Origin: Amoebidium appalachense
Taxonomy: Eukaryota; Protista; Ichthyosporea
Direction: 5' to 3'
Length of the DNA: 64,000 nucleotides
NCBI GenBank assembly: GCA_963693365.1
Contig: CAVNZM010000004.1
Location: forward strand, 1,485,449-1,549,448
This document shows positions 12,685 to 41,000 of the stretch, one piece after another. Position 1 is the first letter of the stretch; every line of letters starts with the position of its first letter. Under the pieces are notes generated by a model. The model saw nothing but the letters and a program-made list of their open reading frames with translations, ran no database searches and had not been told where the DNA came from. Made by a program: the position numbers and the translations under genes.

Positions 12685-13869
12685 ATGGCACATGCCTATA
12701 ATCGTTTCAGAACCTCTTTCAAAGTTCCATCTACACCCATCACACATGTGCGACCATTAAAACGTCCAGCAGATACACCTACCACAGATGCACAACCAGA
12801 AAAACATCGCCTTAGACTAAGCGCAACACCTATTTACAATACACTACCCATTCAGAATAACACCACACCACTCCGTAGAAACACAATAACAACCATGCCG
12901 AAACTTTCGGTTGATACAGTACTGGCAGAACTTGCCCTCGTTAAGAAACAGCTAAATGAGCTGTTACCACTCAAGAACATGATAGAAAAACTCCAAACAG
13001 AAAATACCCAACTCAAGCTCACCATTGATTCACTCACAGCCCAGCTAAACATTAGTGGATCGCAAAACCCCAAAACTCATGAGCAAACATCTCGCGACGG
13101 AGACATTTCCACCCCAACACAAAACAACACAGGACCGGAAGCACAGCTCCCGGCAGAGTTCCTAGAATATGCGAACTCTCGTAAAACACCCGAGCTCCGC
13201 CAAATTGCCAAGGAAACATATGCCAGCATTCTTGCAGGCAACGAGTACCGCCGCAACTCCCCTCCCAAACCGCCGGCTAAGGGGAACACCCAAGCAAACG
13301 GTAACATCAACATCCCACCCAAATACGAGAGGGTGTATTTCAAAGTCAAGCACGGCAGACGCCCACACAGGGCCATGTGGTCCATCTTCAAGGCTCTCGG
13401 CTTCCGGTGCTCTCGCATCCTTTGTCTGTCCTTCATTGGATACGATGTGCTGGAAATAGCAGTACGGGGCGACTATAACCGTGCGTTCATCCGTGACGCG
13501 ACAAAGGGGTGTGGAAGCTTCTTCACCCACCTCCCAAGCTACGACCCATGCGCGCCGGAAAACATTCAGAAAGCAGACAAAGAACGTAAAGTGTCTGCTA
13601 AGAATGCGTGCGCCACACGTTGTCGTGTACGCATCAGCAAGGCAAAAGAGTTCCTCGCAAAGTTGGAAAACGATGCTACGAGCGTGATAGACACGGACAC
13701 GAAGGAACCAATGTTTTCTGGTGAGAAACTGCTCGAGCGCAAACGCCGATGCGAGATGGAAATCGAGCTCTTCTGCGAACTGTTCGCGCTGGCGGAAGGT
13801 CGTGCATACGACCCCGTAAGCGACAAGTGGGAACCAACCCCACAGGTGTCGGACCAAACCGATGCCTAA
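12685..13869 (+). CDS. LINE ORF1, 394 aa (coiled coil plus putative RNA-binding domain)
   Basis: Heptad coiled coil LAELALVKKQLNELLPLKNMIEKLQTENTQLKLTIDSL; basic C-terminal half; stop codon overlaps the ORF2 start by 8 nt (ATGCCTAA). Confidence 0.85.
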   Translation: MAHAYNRFRTSFKVPSTPITHVRPLKRPADTPTTDAQPEKHRLRLSATPIYNTLPIQNNTTPLRRNTITTMPKLSVDTVLAELALVKKQLNELLPLKNMIEKLQTENTQLKLTIDSLTAQLNISGSQNPKTHEQTSRDGDISTPTQNNTGPEAQLPAEFLEYANSRKTPELRQIAKETYASILAGNEYRRNSPPKPPAKGNTQANGNINIPPKYERVYFKVKHGRRPHRAMWSIFKALGFRCSRILCLSFIGYDVLEIAVRGDYNRAFIRDATKGCGSFFTHLPSYDPCAPENIQKADKERKVSAKNACATRCRVRISKAKEFLAKLENDATSVIDTDTKEPMFSGEKLLERKRRCEMEIELFCELFALAEGRAYDPVSDKWEPTPQVSDQTDA

Positions 13870-16800
13870 TTTATCCTTCTTCTTCTGGAATGCTCGGACA
13901 CTGGGCCCCCAAAAGGGCCTCCCCCCCGGGACACTCGACGATAAAATCAGCTACATACAACAACAGACAAACAACCACACGTTTACAGTGATTTGCGAAA
14001 CACAGTTTAAAAACCACCACAAATTCAACTCTACATTGGTCGACACATCCACACACCCCGGTTACGCGAAAAACCGAGGCATTATTGTACTTGCCGCACC
14101 ACACGTGAGAGTGAAGTGCAAACCGGTAGCAAAAACGGAATTCTCGGTTTCTATAGAGTTTCTTTCTAATGTTTTTACTTTTGTATATTACCCACCATCT
14201 ATGTCGGTTGTCGAATTGACTCACGAGTTGTCACAGTTACCAATGTCCACTGTTATTTTAGGTGATTTTAACACGCGACTCCACCACACAGACACACTGC
14301 AAGTGAGTGTCGGGTACCCATCTAAGCCCCCGGAGCGTGCTATCCCTTTAGCAAGGTATGTCCAAAGTCACACTTTGCGGTTCCCTCAAATATCCCATGC
14401 CCACAACACCGACTGGGGAGTGGCCTTTTGGCCATCAACCATGTCAAAACTCTCTCTCCCTCCTAACCTCTCTAGGTCATCTGACCACTCTCCTATCCTT
14501 TTCCTACCTAAGATCTCCCTTGATCTGCTCCCCCCTCCCCCTCCCACCTTTCGCCTCCGTCTATCCCAGCTTAAGTCACAGTGGGGTAGAGTTGATGTAT
14601 GTGTATGCTATGCTACGAAACACCCTATATATATGCGCCTATTAGAATCTGCACAAGCCAGGCCAGATTCACATCTCGTACTAGATACATGCACTAACTT
14701 TATTGTTGATGATTTGATAGATCTCGGTGATTATGCTGGCGGTGGTAGGAAGGAATATCCCGATGCTCTCTTGTTACCAAACACCACTCCCGCTAGACTA
14801 GGTGAACCCCTGTCTCAAAAGGAAAGCTTGCGCCGGCTTGCTAGTATGAATCGATTTGGCCCCCCTGCTCGTATTATTGGTGATACCACTGGAGACCCCC
14901 TCATAGACTCTGATAAGTATTTCTCGGAACTGTTTAAAGATAGGACCCCCGCCCAGAAACCTATTATGTGGCCTGTAGACCCATCTATCCCCATAGAATC
15001 GATCCTCCCCTTTTTCAGTCCCGATGCCATATGGTCTGTGATATCTAGTTATAGCTCTAGTAAGTCTTGTGGACCTGATGGACTCCCTGCTGGGTTTCTT
15101 AAAATCCTTGTTCCCTCCTACCCACAAAAGGAAAGTGATCGTGCTATTAAACCTGATCTTACTATCATGTTAAGCTCTCTCTTTTCTTGGTGTGTTAAAT
15201 GTGGACATGTCCCGTCATCTTGGTTAGATACCTTAGTGATCCCCATAGTTAAGAAGGACTCTGAGGGCCCCATATCATCCTTTCGCCCCATTACACTAAC
15301 CCAGGTTGTTCGTAGATTCTTTGAAGCTTGCTTACTTAGGTTATTTGCACATCACCCTAGGTTTCAATCTATTCTTCACATACACCCATGCCAATCCGCT
15401 TTTCGTAAAAACAATTCATGTTATGTTCAAATAATGGCACTGCACGATTCTATGCAAGTTGGTGCACAATATGTTGGCTTTATTGATTGGAAAACTGCTT
15501 ACGATTCTGTCTCCCCTGGTCTCCTATGGGAAAAGCTTGCTGCACGGGGTGTACCACACTGCATTGGTGTTCTGTTAGAAGCACTCTTGTCTCAAACCTA
15601 TGGTAGAGCTGTGGTTAATGGGCATCTTTCATATGGTTTTGCTCGTACTAGAGGTCTCTTGCAGGGTTCATTGCTTAGCCCCTTTTTGTTTAACCTATTT
15701 ATAGATGATTTGGCTGTCAAGATTTACGCCGAAAACGATGACCCTATTAATAACTTTCCGCCTGCACTTCTCTATGCTGATGATCTGTCCCTCCTTGCCC
15801 GTACCCCTAGACGCCTGCAAAGATTGTTCGATGTAGTGTCAGAGTGGTGCAAGGCAAACCTTATGATCCTTAACATAGACAAATGTGGTGTTCTTGTACC
15901 TGATATAGCTAACAATTTACACACATTTACATTATCATCTAAACCTGTACCTATAGTTCCAGAATACAAATATCTTGGTGTTCCGGTTGATTCTGTTGGT
16001 GTTATGTTTCCCCATATGGTCGAAAAGAGGGTAGAGTTGGCTCGTAAGCGGTTAGCTTTCTTCTCGGCTAATATTTTTAAAGACACACCCCTCCATCCTT
16101 CTATCCTTCTATTAGACTTACATTTATTCGCACTTTTGTCTTCCCGGCATGTGAATATGGTTTACCCCTTCTCGCCGCTTGGATCAAGAAAGAGAGAACT
16201 AGAGCGCTTAAACCCTTGGCAAATTTCCTTGAAGCAGAAGTTGCCTCCTTTCTATCTAACAACTGTTGTAAACCTGGGCCTGTAACGCTCTCGATATATG
16301 GTCTGGTCCCAATAGCTGCTAGAGTATCCTATCTCGCGTTGAAATTCAATAAGCACATAAGCCGCTTAAAGAAGTATTTGCCCTCCCACCCTCTCTTCTC
16401 TATCCGACCTGTCCCCTCCTCACCTCTCCCCTCTTTCCTCCCCTCTCTCTCCCCTTCTCCCCTGGGCACAAATACAAATAAACCCCGCAATAGTGTGTGT
16501 GTGACTTTGGACTGCCACTTACTTATTAAACATGTACACAATCACAAGATAATCACGCAATATAACAAATGGAAAAAGATACCACACGACACTAGACCCG
16601 ATGAAAGCATACACCTTGAAAAACTAAGCCTTATGTCTCGTTTTATATATACTGACCGCCTCAACCATATTGCCAAATATGGCACTCGCAAGTGTATAAC
16701 ACCTAAATACATATTACCTTCCTGTAGAACTGGTCTTTCTCTAGCTGATGGTATTATTGATCAATTACCACGCTTTTACTGTACACGTGCTATACAGTGG

Positions 16801-17064
16801 AGATCTAATAAGTATAAGGTGGCATCATTTGCATGCCCAAACAACACACACACACACCAGTTTAACCGGTCATGTATCGCCAAATGTAGTTTGATAGACC
16901 ACATAATACCGCAACACACACACGTCACATTCACAACAGACACCCAGAAAGATAGCCTACCTGTAAATTACAACATCCTTGATTTTATACTAAACACGCG
17001 TAACTACGACCTGTTTATTAGATGTATTGATTGGCTTGAGAAACACATCACTACAAAATTATAG
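13862..17064 (+). pseudogene. LINE ORF2 (APE endonuclease + reverse transcriptase + C-terminal Cys/His region), frameshifted by an 8-bp duplication at 16095-16110; ~1064 aa when repaired
   Basis: APE motifs WNAR, ICET, YYPP, LGDFN, SDH; RT motifs GPDG, FRPITL, DWKTAYDSV, GLLQGSLLSP, LYADD, YLG. The copy at 53.6-55.9 kb lacks the duplication and reads through. Confidence 0.9.
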
Positions 17065-17862
17065 CGCACGCGCACACACACACACAAACACACACACACA
17101 CACACACACACAACCAGCTGATACCGAGTGTCCCGAGGGGAGCCCCTTTAAAAAAAAAAAAAAAAAAAAAAATAAATAAATAAATAAATAAAAAAAATAA
17201 ATAAAAATAAAAATAAAAAAAAATAAAAAAAAAATAAAAAAACGGGGAACCCCAACTAATTGATTTCTCCTTGTAGTCTTTATGGTGTCTCGTAGAGAAA
17301 GTAAACCCTGATATATAGTCACCACCCGACATCTATGTACGTGATCATGATATACCGCTGAGGGGATATTCCGAGCAAACCCCCCCCCCCCTACCTGAGA
17401 CTGGTTCTCTTTGCCTCGAGTAAACAGCGTAAACCCCTACTATCAATATCCCCTGCGCAGCGAGATCTAGAAAGAGAGCCACATGTCTATTTTTAGATTC
17501 AGTGATTGCGCATACAGACTAAGCCTTGCCTATTCAGCGGGAAGTAGAGAAATAAGAGATAATATGCGTAAATTTAACAACAATAGCATAAAATACACTT
17601 TCAAAAGTCTCTCTGTATGTAAAAAAATACGGGTGTGTATACACTGGGTACAAACTGATTCATAAGTTAAGGCCCAAGTAGACTAGTACTGGTGTGGATG
17701 TCACCGTGAGAGTGGGGGCCGTGCACGGTGCTCACACCGTGCCTCACAAGTGGCACACACGTACAAACAGATATTTATATTTAAAATTTAGAATCCACGT
17801 GTACACACAGGGCTTTGAGTAACCACATGATAGACTCGCTCGAGCTTCAGCCGAATTTTTTT

Positions 17863-17902
<40 letters not shown>

Positions 17903-17907
17903 GGGGG

Positions 17908-17949
<42 letters not shown>

Positions 17950-18504
17950 ATAATACACGGTGTGTGTTGTGTGTGACTCATGCTCAGCGTTTTGTGTGGT
18001 TTATTGGTATTCAAAGAAATCGGCTTATGTAGACGTGTATGGACCAAATTGGGCATTAATGAGACTACTAACATTAGCAGTATCAAAATTCTTTGGTACA
18101 CTGGCACAAAGTTGTGGAAACATGCCAAAAATTCAAATATGGCCAAAAAATGCTAAATACCGAATTGATTTTGTCTAGTCACCACAACAACTTGAAAATA
18201 ACTAAATATCGTTCGGTCAATGGTATACAATACCGTAATATATAAATTCAAGTACATTCATTGCAATGCTTCCAAGTTAGGCAAGCGCGAATGTATGGGT
18301 GTTTGAAGTGGTGTATAATATCAAACACCCATCGGGGTTAAATAGAGGCTTTTCAAACTTCTCACTGACTTATCAGGAATCATAGGGTAAAAGCAAAACA
18401 GAAATCAAAATCTCTAAATGGTCTTCGATAACTATGTGAGCATCTAATTTTAAACACCAACCACCGCTCACTTTCATGTGAATAACCAAATATGGGCATA
18501 GCAT

Positions 18505-34131
<15,627 letters not shown>

Positions 34132-35270
34132 TTTTATAAAATCACGCGATCTCGTGTGTGGGTTTGGTTAATTAATCTGGGCAGGGAGAGGGCCCTACAG
34201 TTATTCGCTCCAGCCTCGAACCGCTCAGATCATAGTAGGAAAACAGATGTCAGCATGTTTAGCCTGTTATTAGTTTATCATGATATGCTAAGAGCATCAG
34301 TACAGCTCACTTTGTAGACCGGCTTGTTTCCTGTCAAGATCCGTAAGAAAACTAGGTAAGGTGCAGCTCATGCTCAAAGGTGCCCGTTCTTTGTTTGTAA
34401 ACAGAAACACAAGCAAGTCTCACTGCCAGCGGTGCCAAACCCTCATAAAATCAAAAAACACTGCGCATATTGCTTTCCAAGCATATGCTTATACACAAGG
34501 CTCTTAACACCCAGAAAATAACACCCAGGAAATAACTATGTAAGTCCCTCAAACACGGCGGGCTAGCACTTGTTTCGGTGTACGTGTTTCTGATTCCGAG
34601 TTTGTGTCAACCTGTGGCACCGTTCGTGCCTTCGTGGTCAAAGTGGGGACGAAGCTGATTGGTCCAGAGGTAATCATATAATAGATCGTGAGTTGCTGCA
34701 GATGTGTAAAGGCATATAACACATTAATTCTTATTGCCGTATGATAGCTTTTAAAGATTTTTTTCCTTATTATTTTGTTAATTTATATGTTTCTCTCAAT
34801 AACTTCTGTGAAACACTTTCTAAGCGAGGGAGACAAAAGGAGCAAAAGGAAAGAGGCAAAGCTGCGGTTTGTCTGTGGCATGATTATCCTTTAACAAATC
34901 TCCTTTTATGAGAAACATCTTCCTAGTTTTAAAACATGTACCCCTCTTTAACGAGTGTTCATCCAATCGTGTTGGCATCTGCTTTGCACTTGTCGCCGAG
35001 TCTAGAGTGGTTCGTAATTGACCAATCAGCAGCCGGTCGCTGCAGGCCAGCCGCCGCCAGTACCGTGCTGCCAGGCTCAGGCTGGCCGTCCTGAACATTT
35101 CGAAGGCAGCCTGTGTACAGCCTGCATGTATGCACTACACCGTGCAACACAACTCAAGTATTAAATTTGCTGTGTATGATGCTCTTCAAAGGCAATGTTG
35201 ATCACTCGCTCGTACGAACATGGCGCAAGTTATGTAACCCTGTTATCCTACCTGCCGTATCCCTCTCTCT

Positions 35271-35359
<89 letters not shown>

Positions 35360-35902
35360 TCCCTCTCTCTCTCTCCCTCTCTCTCTCTCCCTCTCTCTCC
35401 CTCTCTCTCCCTCTCTCTCTCTCTCTCGCTCTCTTCCCCCCCCCCCCCCTCTCTCTCGCCCCCCTCTCTCTCTCCCTCTCTCTCTCCCTATCCCTCTCTC
35501 TCTCGCTCTCTCTCCCCCCCCCCTCTCTCCCTCCCCCCCCCCCCCCCCCTCTCTCACTCACTCTCACACTCCCTCTCTCTCTCTCTCCCTCTCTCCCTCC
35601 CTCCCTCCCTCCCTCCCCCCTCCCCTCCCCCCTCCCAACCCCCTCTCTGTCTGGGGGCAGTGGGTCGGGGTTCAAGTGGGGACCACGGAGGGGTGTGGGG
35701 AAAACTAGTAAACCTGGGTGTCCATGAATAGTTTTCTTATGCAAACTCATTTCGAAATCAAAACATTTAGAATACGACCAAACATAAAAGTCTGGTGGCA
35801 GTCATATCTTCATGCCTTTTTGGCGTTATAAAGCTTACATCGGCATAGAGTTTTACGTTTTATTTTTTGGTGCCCGACTGGGTGGATTGGGGAGGTGGGG
35901 TG

Positions 35903-36070
<168 letters not shown>

Positions 36071-36216
36071 TCGAGTATGAATGTGCAAAGAGGAGCTGAA
36101 TCCTGGCGCACACCTTATTTGCCTACCTCTCGTGGCATTCCTCATTTTCTAAGAGAAAGTAGCAAAAAAACAAGCCAGAAACTGCAGAAAAATACAAGAG
36201 TTCAATGATGCATATA

Positions 36217-36326
36217 CAGTGTCCGTCCGCGCATAACATACCGCGGCGACAAGGGTCGTGGTCGTTATGTTAACTTTTTATTAGTGTTTTTTTTTAGGCT
36301 TCCAGAGCCCGTCTCAATTATGTAAA

Positions 36327-36359
<33 letters not shown>

Positions 36360-36871
36360 CCGTGGCAGCTACCCGCCACCCAACTGGGTAAGAAGCGTGT
36401 GTGTGTGTGTGTGTGTGTATGACGTGTGTGTGTGTGTGTGTCTGTGTGTGCCTGCACTTGAACTACTGGTTGGTCATGATCGTTGCAATTGGTAAACAAT
36501 AAACAACTACTTTCCACCTGCCTATATGTATAGCTACGATACCGTTGAAGTAGTGTAGGTATATGAGTCGGACGTTGGTGCCTCGACGTGCATCTGCCAA
36601 ATGCGAGCTGCGTTGGTGATTGGCTCGAAGTTCTTTGCATTTGGCGCGCACGGGGCCAGCCGCTTTAACACCAAAACCAAATCCGAAATACTAAACAATG
36701 GGGGTTTATGAGGGTCCTGATTGCCTTATGAACTATTATGCTATATGTATGGGACCCCTTGTTGCGCTAACATAATCCCGGAAAATGACCGAGGTCATTA
36801 TGTTAAGATTTTTCGAAATCGGCGTCGACATTATGTTGTTGGCGGATTATGTTATGCGCGGACGGACACTG
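36217..36871. mobile_element. Non-autonomous Tc1/mariner(pogo)-type MITE, 655 bp
   Basis: Perfect 24-bp TIRs CAGTGTCCGTCCGCGCATAACATA / TATGTTATGCGCGGACGGACACTG, TA on both sides, repeated subterminal TTATGTT motifs, no transposase ORF. Confidence 0.9.
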
Positions 36872-37321
36872 TATTGTATGTTTTCCCATATGTGGTGAAA
36901 CCTCAGCTAGAAAGACCTCAGGCATTAAAGGAAGTACGGCCATCTATGCGCACATCGGCTTAAACTTCTAATTTCACAAAACTGGTATCCCGGCCTCGCA
37001 GGAACCCGCGCGCGACAATGTACCACAATGGCAATATATCACAGAGACCATAGTTTAACACTTCGAACATACGTATCTAATCTAAAAGGAGGGGAACTAT
37101 TGCAAGAAAAAAAAATAGAATGATAGGGGCTTTATTACTTGCTCACATATAAGGTGAGATCACAAGGACTCTATCAGGATAATCAATTGATGACAGCGCA
37201 TCATATCGCTGTCAATCTTAAGCGTCTTTATGCTCAGTCAGATTTCCAACAGGTACCATATATAAAACTGCGTGTTTTCTACAAACGCTCGCGTATCCTC
37301 CCCCAACACACACGCAACCAT

Positions 37322-37385
<64 letters not shown>

Positions 37386-39439
37386 CACCACCACCACCAC
37401 CACCACTACCATCACACACACAAAAAAAACATATGATATCAAAAAAAGAAACAACCTACAAAGTTGCTCCTATAGCATATCTAACCTGGGTCTCTCTCGT
37501 TCAACGTAGTACTCTTCAATCTCACCCAGGCATGACTTTTGACGGGGGAAAGGTGTGAAGAGTGATGGTGGGAGAGGCTAAGTAGAATAACCCTCTCTCA
37601 CGTGCACGGTCTGATGCAGCATGTTTAAAAGGAGGACAGAGGGGTTGGAATGGGTCCCTGGGTGGGTGTGGGCCGGGATGGGAGGTTGTGTTGGGTACTC
37701 GGGGGGCGGAGGAGGGGGGAGGGGGGAAGAGGAGGGCATTGCACGATTTACCTATCTTAAAAAACTTGGGGATGGGTGGGGGGGGGGGGGGGGGGGGATG
37801 GGGGGGAGGATTTTCAGTCTATGTGGATAGCCGTATCATCACCATACCTGTAGCCGGCAGCCCAACCCAAATAAGGCAATAGCACCCGGCACGATGACCG
37901 GGCTAGCTGGCCGGGCTTAGGGTGCAGTTGGCTATGGTCGGTCTCGGTGTAGGAGAGAGAGAGGGGGTTGGGTGAAATCCCGGGTGCCTGGGGGGCAGGG
38001 GGGGGGGGGGGGGGGTTTATAATCTGGAATACGGTACGAAGTACAATACAACTAAACGAAGAGAAGCACAGTGCAGGGCACATAAGGTATCCAAATTCAA
38101 ACATGTAAGTATGCAAATCAGCAGTGCACAGTATGCAGCATAAGCATTACCCATTCCCTGTTGGCACCTCGGGGAGGGGGGGGGGGGGGGGGGGGGGGGG
38201 GGAGGGGGGGGGGAAGGGGGAGGGGGGGGGGAGGGGGGGGGGGGGGGGGGGGAGGGAGGGGGCAAGAATGGGTTACAGAGCACAAAGTGCACATTTATGA
38301 CTGACGACAGAACGCAGATGTGGCAAAATCAAGTACACACAAAGAGTATGCATTATAAGTAGAATCCCGGGGGGTGGGGGGTGGGGTGGGGCTGGGGGGG
38401 AGGGGGGGGGGAGGGGGGGGGGGGGGGGTGACGAAACGAGTAGTGGGGAAGGGGAATGAATTGGGTGAGAGTGGGAGCGGTGGGAGTGCCCTTGTGGCTG
38501 TGGTATGGTTTTGTGTGGGATTTTAATAATAAGGCTAGAGTGTTCTGTGTTTGTGTGCCGGGGTGTGTGCGCACATGTGTGTGTGTGTGGGGGGGGGGGC
38601 ATATGTGTGTTTGTGTTGGGTACCGTTAGAGTTGAGATGGGACTGTGGGTGTTAGCGAGAGGTGGTGAGAAGCAAGCTAGGTAGATAGTTGCATGGGATT
38701 GGTTAGAAAGGGGGAGCTGGGTGGTGAAGAAGAAAGGTTCGGAAGAATGGGTTGCGAGGAGCAGCTTTTGGTCAGGGGAGGAGGACAGAGGGCCGGGTGG
38801 GATGAGGGGAGGACGGGAATCGATAACTGAGTAGATTTTGAAAATGGCACTCTGAGGGGGCCAGGGGGACGATAAAAGAGGGGGTGCACACGGGCACACA
38901 CACACGCATAAACACACCATAAAGAGGGACCCTGTCTAAAGCACCGGAGGGGAGCGCGGGAGGGGGGGGAGGGGGGGAGGGAAGGGGGAATGGACAGGGG
39001 GGAGGGGGGAGGGGAGAGGCATGGGAGAGAATGAATAAATTGTGGAAAACAAAATACAAAAGAGATACATAGGGCAAAACTCTTCTAAAATCATTGAAAA
39101 TGCTGTGCAGTACGAAAATACAAAGACATAATACAGACCGAACCCTAATAGGGAGCGCAAAGAGGGACGGACGGCGAGAGGGGTCTCGAGAAAGGTGGGG
39201 TTCAGGGGTTCTAGGGATATGCTTCTGCGTGTTTATCATACCGATTCAATTAGTTTGGTTGTGTGTTCGCTTATTTGTTTGTGTGTGTGTGGCACGTGTG
39301 CGTACGGCCTGCACGAAAGCGAAGGTGGGTGTGTATGTCACAGTGTGCGTGCATGTGCGCGCGCGTGTGACTGTGCGTGGTGTGTGTGGAACAAGAAGTG
39401 GGCAGAGGGGGGGGTGGGGTGGGGTGGGGGGGGGAGGGG

Positions 39440-41000
39440 GGCGGGGTTAAGCACTTGTGTTTCATGCAGCAAAGGTATTCCATCATTCGTGCCGTCTCGT
39501 GTCAGTTGAGGCAGGCCCAACTTCATCCCACCCACCATTCCGGGTATCACCTGGTTCCGCATCGCGTTCCACATCTCTATACTCTCTGGTCGCGAAAAGA
39601 AAAGGTGGAAATCGAGCGCTACCGGTTTTTCGCTAAGCATTTCGTTATATGCTTTCGCACTTCTGCTTTGACTGCCACCGCGTGGTTCAAATTGAAAATG
39701 GTTGTGTTGGAAGGTGCCATTGCTTTGGTTCTCAACTACTGCATTAGCGCCAGGAACCCATTCCCCCGCCCAATTCCCAATCACACCTAACAAGGAAACT
39801 ACTTCGTTTCCATCTTGCTGGGCCACCTCATTTGCCGGCTCATCTGATGTGAAGGCAAATGTTGTCATGATGCGAGCCAAGATGTCTTTCTCCGATAGCC
39901 CTGCCTCGCTGCTAAACATTGCCATGGGAAGAAATGGCAGTTGCCATGAGTTGCTCCAGGCGTCTTCAAGGCACACCGTCAGTGCCTGCACCATTCGCCG
40001 TCCCATCATATTATCGACGTTTCCGTGCTGTTCCTGTGGGTGTGTGCACGGATGAGTGCACGCTGAGGGCAGTAATGGGGCTCTGGGGTATTTGATGAGA
40101 AAGGAAAGAATGAATCCTGGAAAGAATGAGACATGCTGAAAGAATGTGGTCCGATTCCATGGTTGCGGGCAGTCAGTGAAAGGCCGAATCGGCATTTCGT
40201 ATGTGTGCTACAGATAAATTTTCCTTGCAAGGCAACCTCACGTTGTTTGGAGTGTATCCAACACTAAGATGGCGGGGCGCACACCTGCATAATAAAAACA
40301 CGACAGAAGCATTATCTAGTCAATACTATTGTTGTGGTTACCTGTCCTGGTTTAACGAAAACGAAGCCGGTCGGCCATTCTGGGGTTGGTGGGGCAAGGA
40401 TGTTGTGAATGGCCCTTGCATGTTGCTGCAAGGTTGCACATGCTTGCTGCAGCTCGAGGTCTCCTGGGCACTGTGTGTAGGTGAAAGGATAAGATGGGTG
40501 GGGTGTGCGCAGATTGCTTGTAGAGATGGGTGCTCGAGGCCAAAAGACAACGAGTGAACAATCACACCTTTATTTATAACGATAAACTTAAAAGGTTTGT
40601 AGTAGCCGACAGGATTCCATTCCGACTCTACTATCACCGGCTCATGATAATAGTGCATATGACCTGCCGAAGACAACACTCAAAATATCAAATCAAAATT
40701 AATCTTGATAATAAAGAAATAGGGCTCCACCGGGCTGCTTACTGACCGCAACACCCGTTCAAGACAGAATCTCCTGCTGAAACCCTCTTGAAACCGTCCA
40801 CGCTTTGAAGGCCTGCCTTCATCCAGCAACAAAAGACCCCGATTGAGCTGGGTGAGTAGCGTCCTACTTGTCAGTGCATGTGAGAGCACATCGTTTGGTT
40901 CTCGTGTGAAATATTGTGCGATGTTCTCCCAGATGAAGAGGGGGAACACCGCCGCGGCTTCAACAAGCGTTGGTTCAGGCATGTTCGAAAAGCTTATCAT
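39440..41000 (-). CDS. Hypothetical protein with an F-box-like N-terminus; exon structure unresolved, possibly a pseudogene
   Basis: FPLFIWENIAQYFTREPNDVLSHALTSRTLL resembles the F-box pattern LPxEIxxxIxxYLxxxDL; further non-repetitive ORF segments at 40338-40679 and ~39440-40030. Confidence 0.4.

Larger units (their letters stand above)
12472..17437 (+). mobile_element. Full-length non-LTR retrotransposon (LINE; ORF1 + APE-RT ORF2), copy A
   Basis: Flanked by an 11-bp TSD TACTATCAATA (12461-12471 and 17438-17448). Two overlapping ORFs; near-identical copies at 49.5-56.4 kb. Confidence 0.95.

Noticed and set aside
17280-17325. U3 snoRNA 5' end (minus strand GACTATATATCAGGG) or telomerase template (TAAACCCT) in the LINE tail
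   Set aside because: Only a short resemblance; no B/C/D boxes or complete template repeat
17110-17437. Hammerhead or HDV-like ribozyme in the LINE 3' region
   Set aside because: No CUGANGA/GAAA core, and I could not build a complete HDV P1-P4 fold by eye
17680-17760. Helitron 3' end (palindrome plus CTAG); similar GC palindromes at ~48240-48270
   Set aside because: Hairpin-to-CTAG spacing is atypical, and no 5' TC end or second copy was found
34820-35098. MFRTASLSLAARYWRR as a mitochondrial-targeted gene
   Set aside because: Short, runs into CCAAT-containing promoter-like sequence, and has no recognisable mature domain
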